Below are positions 12,494 through 23,844 of a stretch of DNA of 64,000 nt, piece by piece (the stretch's first letter is position 1; the number at the start of each line of letters is the position of its first letter). A program made the translations under genes and the position numbers. Source of the DNA: Octopus sinensis. Lineage: Eukaryota. Under the pieces are notes generated by a model. That model was not told where the DNA came from. It was given only the letters and a program-made list of their open reading frames with translations, and searched no databases. The DNA is taken from NCBI RefSeq assembly GCF_006345805.1, contig NC_043014.1, positions 22,010,001 through 22,074,000 on the forward strand. Reading direction: 5' to 3'.

Positions 12494-12544
<51 letters not shown>

Positions 12545-12705
12545 CTATCTATCTATCTATCTATCTATTTATCTCTCTATCTATCTACCTTTCTGTCTGT
12601 CTACCTGTCTGCCTGTCTGTCTGCCTGCCTCTCTGTCTGCCTGTCTGCCTGTCTGTCTGTATGTCTGTCTGTCTCTATCTATCTATGTATCAATCAATCT
12701 ATCTA
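12399..12705. repeat. (ATCT)n/(GTCT)n/(GCCT)n compound microsatellite
   Basis: Directly visible; repeats the same variant block at 12471-12496. Confidence 0.95.
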
Positions 12706-13459
12706 TATACATATATAATCATTCATTTGTGAGGTTCGTATAGATTCCTGATACTCGTGGTGATGGTGCTGAGCTATTGAAAGACTGATATAACCCCATT
12801 GAAGTATATTTTCAACGAGTTTGTTCATAGAGTCAGTATAGATTTATCGTGAAGTCTGTAAGGTTCATTGAGTTCAAGCTTGGTTGCGAAAGAGTGATGA
12901 AGAGAATTATCTGTTGCAAATCTGCAGGAGTTCCGGGATGCGGCAGTACATAAGTAGTTGATGTATATGAGGAAGTGTTGGGATAAAACCGAATCTAAAG
13001 TAATACCAAAGGTACGCTGTGAAGGCGTGTTCTGACAAGAAGTTTTCAATTTAAAAGATAAAAAAAAAAGAACGCAAGCCGGATGGAGGCTATAGTTGGA
13101 CATATTGGGACAACGATACACGCGCGCGCACACATACGAACATCATGATGTCCCAGATTCATCGCAACGACCATTTCTCAACAAATCACCTACATATATA
13201 TATAGTTTGTCAAATTTTTATCATTAGGAATCGAAATTGTGGAACTACAAGCTATGATGAAAAAATAAGTGTGTGTGTATAGTCAAAATGGAGTGAGACG
13301 ACATGGAAGAAAACTATTGAAACTGTTAAGGAAACAGGACAAGAAGTATATCTCTCGTCTGCCATGGGAACAAGAATCAGCATAGTTTCAGTGCATTTAA
13401 GTCCATAGGCCTAATTGCGTAACGTTATTCTTATGGATGCGCCATCAAATCGCTGACAT

Positions 13460-13646
13460 CATAGATAGACAGACAGATAGACAGACAGATAGACAGATAG
13501 GTAGATAGATAAATAGACAGATAGATTGAGAGAGAGAGATGGATAGACAGACAGACAGATAGATATATACATATAAACATACATACATAATACACACACA
13601 TATATGTATATACATATAAATAAATATACATACGTATGTACATATG

Positions 13647-13682
<36 letters not shown>

Positions 13683-13778
13683 CGTGTGTGTACATATATA
13701 TATGCGTGGCGTTCAATTAAATAATAATATAATATATATACATGTATGTATGTATGTATGTATGTATGTATCTATCTA

Positions 13779-13809
<31 letters not shown>

Positions 13810-13824
13810 ATACATATATATATA

Positions 13825-13917
<93 letters not shown>

Positions 13918-13965
13918 ATATATATATTATATATTATATATATATATTATATATATACACACACA
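13460..13965. repeat. Compound microsatellites (GATA/GACA, TG, TATG, CT, TA)
   Basis: Directly visible. Confidence 0.9.
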
Positions 13966-14177
13966 ATAAAGATAGGCCAATAACTATCTAAAACAAATAA
14001 CTAATAACAAATTCTAACTAGAAAGAGGCTAAATAATCCATTATTAAACAGGTACACAATACAAATATACATACATATATCGTGTGCTTGTATATATCTT
14101 TTTCATCAAATGATTACAGTAGACAGGTAACAGAAACTATTGTTTTCTTCGATGGTGTCTTTCCATCATTGGTTGCA

Positions 14178-14383
14178 AATTTTGGCACAAGGCCACCAAT
14201 CTCGGCAAAGAGCAGTAAATCGATTTCATCGATCCCAGTGCTCAACTGGTGCTTATTTTATCGAACCCGAAAGGATGAAAGACAAAGTGGACCTCTGAGG
14301 AATTTGAACTCAGATCGTAAAGTCGAAGAAATGTTGCTAAGCATTTTACCCGGCGTCTTAACGATTTTGCCAACTGGCCGCCT
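14178..14383 (-). mobile_element. tRNA-derived SINE family A, diverged copy
   Basis: Reverse complement matches the full copies at 36731 and 52762 (GAGTTCAAATTCC B-box-like motif; TTTCATCCTTTCGGG core). Confidence 0.75.
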
Positions 14384-15156
14384 TGTGTCTTCCTATCATT
14401 GGAAACTATCGGCTATACACAGTCTTTTTCTTTGTCAGCCCCTTCTGATCTCACTACTCTTCTTGTCAACACAAAGTTTACATTGGGTACACAGTAAGGA
14501 ATTCCGACCTACTTCACTTTAACATATCAATCATGGTTGTTTCTCTGATGGCAGCAGGATCTTGTTCTCTTACTGTCTCGTTTGTAGACTTCCGTCTTAC
14601 TCGTTTCCTGCATGTTCACTTGGTTGGTCGGGGCTCTATTGACTGTTTGGTTTCCTGAGGTTTGTGTTGCACTTGAGTTGGTCAGAACTCCAGGAACCTT
14701 GATCACTCCTTCATTCCTCGTATTGTATCTTTAACAACCTCGTACATCCGACCAGCCATCATAGTGTTGTCCAACATGTCTATTAAAAGTAACACTCGTG
14801 GTAATGAAGCTGCCATCTTTTATTACAGAGGTAGCCTGTAAGAGGTTCTCATGGAAACAACCCTTTTGACTATACAACAGATTCCATTGTGCCTCATAGC
14901 AGAGATAAACGTTCCCATTGTTACCTATCCTTAGTTTAAGCTGACGTATTCTGCCTCTTTTCTCATCACCATTATTATTACTTTTATACTGGTTTATGTT
15001 AAAAGACATTATAGTCTTTAGTCACACTTATAAAATCTGATCAACTGCTAATTTATTTCGCTATACATACACATATGCACGCGCGCGTGCGTGCACACAT
15101 ATAATATTATACACACGCATATACACACACTCTCACTCACACACACATACATACAT

Positions 15157-15187
<31 letters not shown>

Positions 15188-15249
15188 TTACATACGCACA
15201 CGTATATATGTGAGTCAAACTGAGTGAGTGAGGGAGAGACAGAGTGAGT

Positions 15250-15291
<42 letters not shown>

Positions 15292-16249
15292 CAAAGAGTG
15301 ATGAATGAGTTGGGGGCGTGTATGCTTTTTATTGTCTTACGTGCCGTGATAATAAATTATTCAATACGCATTTGTAGGGAAACTGTATAGAGCACCCATC
15401 CATACACGCACGCACGCACACACACACACACACACACTCTCTCTCTCTCTCTGTGTCATGCACATGCACACACACATACACACACGCACACACACACATA
15501 CACGCTCACGCACGCACACTCACACATACACAAACATACAATCACACAGGTAGACACATATACACACATATGCACACATATACACACACACATATATGCA
15601 CATATACATGCACGTGTGTGAGTGTGTGTGTTTATATATGTATGTAGGCGTGTTTTTATAGTTTAGTGTCGATACCATTTGATACATACTATAATTTCAT
15701 GCTTGGCTTCATGTTCACTGGAGATTACCAACTCACGCTTGGCTGAAAATCTCCGTGGTATAGACTTAATGGTGTAGTTACACACGCACACGCGCATACT
15801 CACACATCCTTAACCACTCGCAGTTACATCCCTCTCTCATCATCTTCACCTTCATTATCATTATCAGTATTATCGTTTTATTATTATTATATTCATGGTT
15901 TGGGAGATACACTAAGAGCTTCCTTTATTACATCAAAAGAAATTAGATATATATTGGAAAACATGGATAAAAATGCTATTTTCTGGAATGTGCTTATAAC
16001 TGTCCTTATAAGTTAAACTGTAACTGTTTTCATAGAAGTCACTTTGTATCTTAACTGTTTAGAGCAATTTCAAACGGGAGGAGGGACACATTTCTTTACT
16101 ACCAAATTGTAAATAATTCAACAGCTAAGTCAGAGTTAATCCCTTGGCTTTTCAGCAGCACCATTCTGCATTTCTACGTAAATTATGAAGGCGCTATTTT
16201 CATTCTTATTGTATAAAATGATTAATTATAAAGGGTAACCGTTACTATA

Positions 16250-16418
16250 ATGCGTGACTGTCGCTTCCCAACCAGATGGTTTCAGATTCAATCCCACTGT
16301 GTGGCACCTCGGGTAAGTGTCTTCTACTATAGCTTCGAATCGACCAGAGCCTCGTGAGTGAATTTGGCTGACGGAAACTGAAAGAAGCTCGTCGTATATA
16401 TATATATACACACACACA

Positions 16419-16454
<36 letters not shown>

Positions 16455-16488
16455 TGTATGTATGTATGTATGTACGTATGTATGTATG

Positions 16489-16557
<69 letters not shown>

Positions 16558-16778
16558 TGTTTGCCTCTCGCCTCCGCTTGATAACCGATGTTGGTGTCTA
16601 CGTCCCCGTAGCTTAATGTTTTGGCCAAAGAGACAGATAGGATAAGTACCAGACTAAACACAAAAATAAATAAATAAATAAATAAAATAACTACTAGGAT
16701 CGATTCATTGAACTCAAAATTTCTTCAAGGCAGTACCCCAGCATGGCTGTAGTCAAATGACTGAAACAAGTAAAAGTT
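16250..16778 (+). mobile_element. tRNA-derived SINE family B with internal TA/TATG/TG microsatellite
   Basis: Homologous to 61711-62164 (GGCACCT..GGGCAAGTGTCTTCTACTA; GACGGAAACTGAAAGAAG; AGTCAAATGACTGAAACAAGTAAAAG). Confidence 0.85.
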
Positions 16779-17299
16779 ACAAGGTATGCTGACTGTTTGT
16801 CTATGTACATTTAAGTTTCATAATATTTTCACTGCAGTCGTGAATGGGTGGCAATCCTGGGAAAAAGAGCCGAACGAATTGTTTCGTAAGGAGACCTAGG
16901 GTGAGCGACGAATTGGTTGGATGCATCTCAATGAAAGGAAATAATTTAGAAGAATAAAAGCGGTTGTAGTTGCGATAGAAGAGGTAGAGAAAGAAAATAG
17001 TGTATCTGTGAGTTAGTAACTGCAGCGTATTCGGGACAGCATCATTACAACTTAGACAATGGTCTTGTTTAGGATATAATCAAGGAAACATGCCTGTGTG
17101 CCACAGCAACCGCACTGATCTACTCATGTGAACAGTATTCCAACGTAGACATTCCTTTAGTTTTGCAGTAGTTATATTGTTTCAGAGGAAAATGGCGCCT
17201 CATTCACAAAAAATATGCTACATAGGCACCATTTGGCATCTACGTTATCGGAGTTATTGATATTTCACTTAAAGTACCAGGTCAATTTCTCTATTGCAT

Positions 17300-18050
17300 A
17301 TGTTGTGACTTCCTCTATCATGTTCAGACTGGATCGCTTCAATGTACATCGCTGCTCGGTGATCAGATCACTATTAATATTTCGATAGAGTTCAGTTGTC
17401 GCTATCTAGCGCAGTCGGTTTCGCGCCTACTTTCAGAGGCTGGATCGGTATTTAGAATCATTTGCCACCTGCCGTTTCGATTCACAAGATCAATTCATCT
17501 TTCAGCTACAGCCAGCGCTGTTCAGTTTCAAGTATCTTCGCTTTCTTGCATGAATTGGCCATGTAGTTCTTTCTCTTTCAAGCTATTTGTCCTGTCGTTC
17601 TTTCTATTGTTGAAATCTGTCACTGTTTCAACTTCTTCGATATTTCTAGCCACAATTCTCTACATAGTTCCCCCCCCATATCTTAGAACCATTGTATCTT
17701 CTGCATTTAACAAACCTTTACTACTTTCCTTCTTGATAATTGGTGTCTGCCGATATTACTTTTAGGGTGTCGTGTGTTATACAACATTCCGAACAGCTTT
17801 CTACTTCTATCCAATTCCGGTGGTTCTGTCCTTGTCCGCTTTGTTCTTACAAGCAGAGTAATTCAACGCTGGTATAACCCTCCTACTGATTGCCTTCATA
17901 ATATTACCTTTATCTAGTTTTGCTTCAAGCACCTTCCTAATCTATTTCTCGTACTCTTTGATAACTTACAGTCTCATTTCCCTTCCTATTACTTTACCAT
18001 TTCTAGTGATAATTCCACTATTTTTTACTGTTATGATCTCAACTAGTGAG
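17300..18050 (-). mobile_element. Highly decayed R4/Dong-type non-LTR retrotransposon fragment
   Basis: Manual minus-strand translation gives HPKSNIGRHQLSRR..GLLNAED and HGQF, resembling R4-clade post-RT motifs; many stops. Confidence 0.5.
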
Positions 18051-18129
18051 ACTTTTATCCAACATTATTGTTGGTGTTATTTTACATCGTTATTATTTTA
18101 CATCTCAAAACTCGGTCTCATTTGATCTG

Positions 18130-18357
18130 GTTGATTCTGTGAGAGTGGACAGCAACCTGTTGTCAGAGGTCTTACAGAGTCTCTTTCGGCAAATTATAAG
18201 ACTTGGTACTTATATCGTGGAATATACTTAACACCTAATTACCAATCTCAAGATCCTAGCTGTTCCCAATAGAGCTTTTTGAGGCATGCTCTGCTGTCAT
18301 GCCAATTCTAATTTCTCCGACATATTTCTCGAACTTGATTGTTAGTGCTCCAAATAA

Positions 18358-18360
<3 letters not shown>
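18130..18360 (-). mobile_element. R4/Dong-type 3' end fragment abutting (ATT)n
   Basis: Minus-strand translation KALLGTARILR, the typical R4/Dong C-terminal motif. Confidence 0.6.

Positions 18361-18455
<95 letters not shown>
18361..18455. repeat. (ATT)n microsatellite
   Basis: Directly visible. Confidence 0.97.
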
Positions 18456-18457
18456 TT

Positions 18458-18600
18458 AAGTTCAAATTCCGCTGGGTTCGGTTTTGCCTTTCATCCTTTC
18501 GGAGTCGATTGAATAAGTACCAGTTATGCACTGGGGCTGATGTAATCTACTTAATCCCTCCCCCCAAATTCGAGGCCTTGCGCTTCCAGTAAAAAAGATT
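18458..18600 (+). mobile_element. SINE family A, 5'-truncated, tail type 2
   Basis: GTTCAAATTCCGC..TTGCCTTTCATCCTTTCGG core, then the CCCTCCCCCAAA..GGCCTTG tail; followed by (CTT)n. Confidence 0.8.
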
Positions 18601-18713
18601 CTTCTTCTTCTTCTTCTTCTTCTTCTTCTTCTTCTTCTTCTTCTTCTTCTTCTTCTTCTTCTTCTTCTTCTTCTTCTTCTTCTTCTTCTTCTTCTTCTTC
18701 TTCTTCTTCTTCT
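18601..18713. repeat. (CTT)n microsatellite
   Basis: Directly visible. Confidence 0.98.
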
Positions 18714-18729
18714 TTATAGACAAGATGAA

Positions 18730-18770
18730 GAACGATATTTCGACAGCAAGCCTGTCTTTGTCGAGTTCAA
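18730..18770 (-). ncRNA. Minimal hammerhead-like motif (variant core) in the inverted pLTR copy
   Basis: Reverse complement of the motif at 22128-22170, with stem I shortened. Confidence 0.5.
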
Positions 18771-19717
18771 AATGAAAAGTGATAAAAATTCAAAATTATA
18801 GAAATTCAAATCTAAAATACGAACGAGAGAAACCAGCGCCCACAATCTTCAAGTTACAACTGTATAACTGGCGAAAAGAAAAAGAAAAATAGAGAAAGAT
18901 TTTTCAAATGCCTACCAAAACCACAGAAGTTCCTCACTTTCTATCACCCACCCAGAAATATATTAGTCCTTGAATGACGGCTAAAAATTATGATTTCTCA
19001 CACGAACCTTCAGAACAATTTTTATCACCCAATAGGTTCCATGTTTTAATTGAAGATTTCGAGCAAAGCCCAAAAGGTAATCAGGAATCTCATGAGAGTA
19101 AGATTCTGAAAGCCACTTGCCCAAGAAAATCCTTCACACTAGAGAATAAGTCGGTCATAAATTTATCTAAACTAAAACTTTTACCCAACGATGCCTCTGT
19201 CTTGGAGCCTGGACTGAGTTTCTGCCCAAGCACTAAACATTTCGACAAAAATAAACTAGCTCAAGGGCTATTTCAGTTTGTCTCTCGTCACAAACTGAAG
19301 GAATATTTTTTTTGAAAAAACTGGTAACGAGGCTTCACAAAACTCTATGCTTACTGAATCTGGCATAATTGGATTGAAAAGAATCCCAATTGGTATCCAG
19401 AAAAAGTTCGGGATGGACATTCACAAGCGCTACTAGAATTTTTTGAATCTTGTCAGACAGGCATTCGTGAAAGCCTTAAAACAAGTGGAAAGAAGTCCTG
19501 AAATAGCCTCACAAATTCCCAACGTCACGTTCTCTGACGCATTGTTATTAAAATGGCGGATAAGGGAGGCGCTATGGACAAAAGTGAATATATTTCGGCT
19601 TGTGAAGATGTTTTAAGTGACAAAACTTCATATGAAGACCTACCTGTCGATCCAAACCCCAATTACAGAGAGGAACTTGACAAAATAATTCTGGAAATGG
19701 AGGAAAACAATTTCATT

Positions 19718-20077
19718 AACAAGAGCACTCAGAGAGCGCAAACCTCCGCCAAGGCAGTACCAATGTCCTATCAACGATTAGCCAGAGATAATTTTTTAAA
19801 TGAGAATATCTTAAATAAACTCGACTGCTCTCACAAACGAGAATACTAAAAATGAACCCGACTGCTCTCAAAAATCAAGTAAAAACCGGGAAAAATAATC
19901 CAGAATCCTCCTCCGGTACCGGATCGATCCTAAAATCTAATCAGTTCGTGCCAGTCAGGAGGCCAAACATCCCTGAAAGTTTCATCCGAATCCACCCTGC
20001 TGTTTTTGAGATATGTCCACAGACAAACACGCAAACAAGAATAAATAATACCTCTGCCTTCGCTAAGGCGGAAGTAA
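19718..20077. mobile_element. Non-autonomous Helentron-type (HINE-like) insertion inside the PLE
   Basis: Starts AACAAGAGCACTCAGAGAGCGCAAACCTCCGCCAAGGC. Ends in the hairpin TACCTCTGCCTTCGCTAAGGCGGAAGTA, with subterminal inverted repeat ACCTCCGCC/GGCGGAAGT. Interrupts PLE coding sequence; no TSD seen. Confidence 0.6.
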
Positions 20078-21812
20078 TAAGGCCGAATCCAGGATTTTAT
20101 GGTCAGAAAGAACACCTATATTTTTTGGTCTCCTTAAAATACACAAAAAGTTCGAAAGATTTCCTCCAATGCGCCGAATTTGCAGCGGATATGAATGTTG
20201 TACAGCCAAAATTTCGGAGTGGCTGTATGGCTTTCTACTCCATGTTTCAAAAAGATCAAGTTCCTATATTTGAGATACTTTTAATTTTGTGTCTCAAATC
20301 AACAACTTTTTTAAGCATTGAGGCCGTGGCAAGAATTATTTTTCGCTAACCATAGATGTTTTTTCCTTATATTCCAGTATTGACCGCGATGAAGGGGTAG
20401 AAGCATGCATGAATGCCTTCGAAAAACCAAAGTATTCCATCAAATTTTCTTTGTAGGGTATTGAGGTTTGGACAAAATATTTACCATCAGACGAGGGGTT
20501 GCCTCCATGGCAGTTAATTTCGATAATGTTTTCATGACGAAATTTGAGACACAGTTACTGAAGACATTCAAACCCCTGCAAATTCATGAATCAATACTCT
20601 GGTTACGGTCCACTGATAACGTCTTTTTTGTCTGGGAACGGTCACAGGATAGTTTAATTGACTTCTTGCATTTCTGTGACTGCTATGCTATGGCTTTAAG
20701 TCCAATATAAATTTTACGTCTAGTTTTTCAAAAACTAGCGTTGAATTTTTGACACAAAAGTTTAGTTTTCTGGAGGCAGAATAGTGACAGAGTTATTTCG
20801 AAACCCCATGTCACCCCACATTTACCTCCACCGCTGCTCCGATCATCCACATCATATGATTCGGTCAAATCTGAAATCCTAATTTTTGAGGATAAAACGG
20901 ATTTGTAGTGACATAGGGGAATACTGGAAATATGCACATGCTTTTGTACACTGTTAATGTCAAACACGGTTACAGTGAATCATGATTAAAGGAAATAGCA
21001 AATGACAGCTAAGATTAGCAAAGAAAGTCAAACTTTCACGCATAATTTTAGAAAACACAGAACAATATGTGACAGAACTTCTTTAGTGATTAACTGGCAC
21101 TGAAATTTCGCTAGCATTTCAAAAGTGTTGGATGAAAGTTACCAGCTTGTTACCGAAAAATATCCTTGTTTCGAACAAATATTTCTTCAACCGCCTATTG
21201 TAGCTTTTAGACGGAATAAAAATATAAGAGAACTATTAACCTCTACTTCTGACTCCAAGAAACTAACATTGGAGTATCTGCATGCTTTACCTTGAAAAAC
21301 AGCTGCAAGGAAGGTAAGAGCTGTTCATTGTGCAACAACAAGTGAATTTTGTCAGGAATCATAACACAAATGTTATGATTTATACAGAAGGTGGGACATG
21401 TAGAGATTCCCATTTGGTGTATGCAGCAGAATGCACGAAACACAACTTGATTTACGTTGGTTGTAAACAGAACAATTAAACAAAAGATTTAATGGGCACA
21501 AATATGACGTCGGGCATAATAACAGTAGTTCGACAGAACTTGCCGAACAGTTTGCATCAAACAGTTCCAATTTTGAAAAAGATTTGAAAGTTCATATTCT
21601 CAGAAAATATTCTGATCTGATACACTTTCAATACTCAAAATGCACGAGGAGAAATATGTTTGCAGGTTATTAACATCACGCCCTGGAGGAATTAATAAAA
21701 TAAAATGACTGGAGAACTTCATCAAATTTACACAAAAACTGTTTGATTAAATATTTTTCTGTTTCCTTTTCTTCTTTCTATTTCTTTATTTTTCTTTTCG
21801 CCAGTTCTAAAA

Positions 21813-22001
21813 TTCTTTTCTACTCTAGGTACAAGGCAAGAAACTTTTAGGGGAGGGGCAACTGGTACTTAATTTATCGACCCCGAAAGGATGAAAGGCA
21901 AAGTCGACCTCGGCGGAATTTAAACTCAGAACGTAGCGGCAGATGAAATACCGCTAAGCATTTCGCCCGTTGTGCTAACGTTTCTGCCAGCTCGCCGCCT
22001 T
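21813..22001 (-). mobile_element. SINE family A, tail type 2, inserted in the PLE 3' region
   Basis: Reverse complement of AAGGCGGCGAGCTGGCAGAAACGTTAGC.. head and core, with a CCTTGTACCTAGAGTAGAAAAG tail. Confidence 0.88.
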
Positions 22002-22127
22002 TTAACAGTTCTAACATTGAAACTTGAAGACTGATGATGTCATTCCATCAGCATGTGGACGCTGGTTGCTCTCTTTCATATTTTAGATTTAAATTTCTAT
22101 AATTCTGAATTTTTATCACTTTTCATT

Positions 22128-22170
22128 TTGAACTCGACAAAGACAGGTTTGCTGTCGAAATATCGTTCAA
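22128..22170 (+). ncRNA. Minimal type I hammerhead-like motif with U3-A8 variant core in the PLE 3' pLTR
   Basis: TTGAAC-TCGACAA-A-GACAG(GTTTG)CTGTC-GAAA-TA-TC-GTTCAA: 6-bp stem I, 5-bp stem II, GAAA, palindromic ATAT stem III. Confidence 0.55.
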
Positions 22171-22179
22171 CCAGTAAAA

Positions 22180-22866
22180 TATCTATTGCAATCGCACCAC
22201 GCTCTTCGTCTGGCTAGGGTCAAGCAACTGACAAGCAAATCTGTGGTATTGGGCAGAATATTTGCCCTTGTCCAATGACCGAGTATTGCTGACCTGTGGG
22301 TTTATGTCGAACACCTACTGTCGCGTATAGGATGGATCCGGCTATCAGCTGAATCCATTGTGAAGATTGCCCCGCCACCCTCTTTTGGCCAGGAGGGGTA
22401 GGCAATTTTTATTTGTCTAGTGGCTCTAGCGAAAGACGTAGCATCGTGGACCCGTTTAAAAAGGCTAAAGACAGACACTTTCCTCTTTGGCCAAGTCCTC
22501 ATCAACGTTTTCAAGTTTCACTTGAAAAGTTGAGGGTAGAGAGGGAAGTGTTGCTTTGTAACAAGTTTGTTGAAATGTGGGTGAATGTTGGAAGAATGGC
22601 CAGTGCAAATGGACCAATTCCGAGCGTGCGCCTGTAAAAGAATGGAGAAGGTATTTTGCCCTGTTGTTCAAGCACCCGTGGCTTTCGTGGGTGTTTCCAG
22701 GAGGACGTTAAAGCGCCTCCTCTATTGGGAGTTTTAATTTCTTTAATTTTTATTGTTATAATATTGTGTACACGCGAAAACCCATTGTATCGTCCTGGTT
22801 TTGTCTTTTATGTTGTATGTCAATTAATGTATTGTATGTGAGCCCTTGTGGCTAATAAAAGAATAC
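22180..22866 (+). mobile_element. Older, diverged Tx1 3' fragment ending in (ATT)n
   Basis: Homologous to the Tx1 ORF2 C-terminus (GACCTGTGGG..TATGTCGAAC; ACACTTTCCTCT; GTGGGTGAATGT); ends AGCCCTTGTGGCTAATAAAAGAATAC. Confidence 0.8.
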
Positions 22867-22867
22867 A

Positions 22868-23840
22868 TTATTATTATTATTGTTATTACTATTATTATTG
22901 ATTTATTTTTTACTTTTAATCTGCATGTTTGTTACAATCACTTGCCGAGACACATCCAGCGTCCTGGTGCGAGTGAAGGATGAGAGATGTTACAGTTTGA
23001 CTGAAAGGTTGGTGAGGGGAAGTGGAAGGGGCAGTGGCGAAATACCTTCATGTAATGCAACACAGACATTTAAATGGATGGGGTTTTTCACAGTATGTAG
23101 ACAGTACTTGTCAGCACAATATTTTGGATTATTCTGAAACATGGTTCTCCTGGGATCTTATCTAGATGTTTCTGACATCCTTTTTTTATCATACCTAGGG
23201 AACCTGCAATAACAGGAACAGATCTCGCTTTAAGATGCCGCATCTTTTGTATTTCAATTTCCAGGTACTTGTATTTATTTCATTTGTCAAATTCCTTTAC
23301 AGAGTGTTTTTTTCCCTGTCCTTGATAATTATGTCTGGTCGATTAGCCTGGATCGTTCCGTCAGTGTTGACTGGAAAATCCCAGATGATAGCGACATTTT
23401 TACCTTCAACAACTGGTTCGGGGTGATGTTTATACCAGCAAGCATGAGTACTGATTTTGGAGTGTTTACATATTTTCTAATGTAAATATCGTCCTATCCT
23501 ATCGTGGTGATATCTGTATTCGTTTGGTATCAGCACAGGACATTCCGTGACGAGATGGTCTATTGCTTCGTCAAATGTGTCGCAGAATCTGCATTTCGGT
23601 TCAGGACCGTTTTGAAGAACGTTAGCCTGGTATTTTTTGTAAGCAAGCTTTGATCTTGTGTCGCCAGTCAGTCTCTGCGTTCAGTCCTGAACTTCTCAGA
23701 CACTGATTGGTTGCTGCTTGGTGTGCATCAGCATTTCGACTTCGAAGTATATACTGTTCATGCAGAGGCTTCTGGCTCCACTGCTCCTCACTTTGTTTCT
23801 GCTTGATCTGTTTTGCAGTCTGCTTGATCTGTTTTGCTTG
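22868..23840 (-). mobile_element. R4/Dong-type non-LTR retrotransposon, 5'-truncated (CCHC + restriction-like endonuclease), (TAA)n tail
   Basis: Minus-strand translation: WSQKPLHEQY..CLRSSGLNAET, CRFCDTFDEAIDHLVTECP..YHHDRI, IWDFPVNTD..ANRPDIII; the 3' UTR ends in AATAATAAT repeats. Confidence 0.8.
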
Positions 23841-23844
23841 ACTT

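Larger units (their letters stand above)
18730..22170 (+). mobile_element. Decayed Penelope-like element (RT + GIY-YIG) with inverted pseudo-LTRs
   Basis: Motifs VINLS..GLSFCPS, ADKGG, SMAVNFDNVFM..FE, WLRSTDNVFFVW, PPIVAFRRNKNIRELL and IYVG..QRFNGH. About 140 bp at 18730-18870 is the reverse complement of ~22005-22168. Confidence 0.85.

Noticed and set aside
1-12705. Repeat-spacer-repeat pattern superficially like a CRISPR array, or a simple tandem duplication
   Set aside because: The repeats are variable-length microsatellites and the 'spacers' are homologous retrotransposon fragments with different truncation points and UTR variants; no cas genes; eukaryotic context.
14731-15009. Possible hAT remnant (VGQHYDG) and, at 12825-13133, a LINE remnant (FGITLDS)
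   Set aside because: Single short motifs only; insufficient without a profile search.
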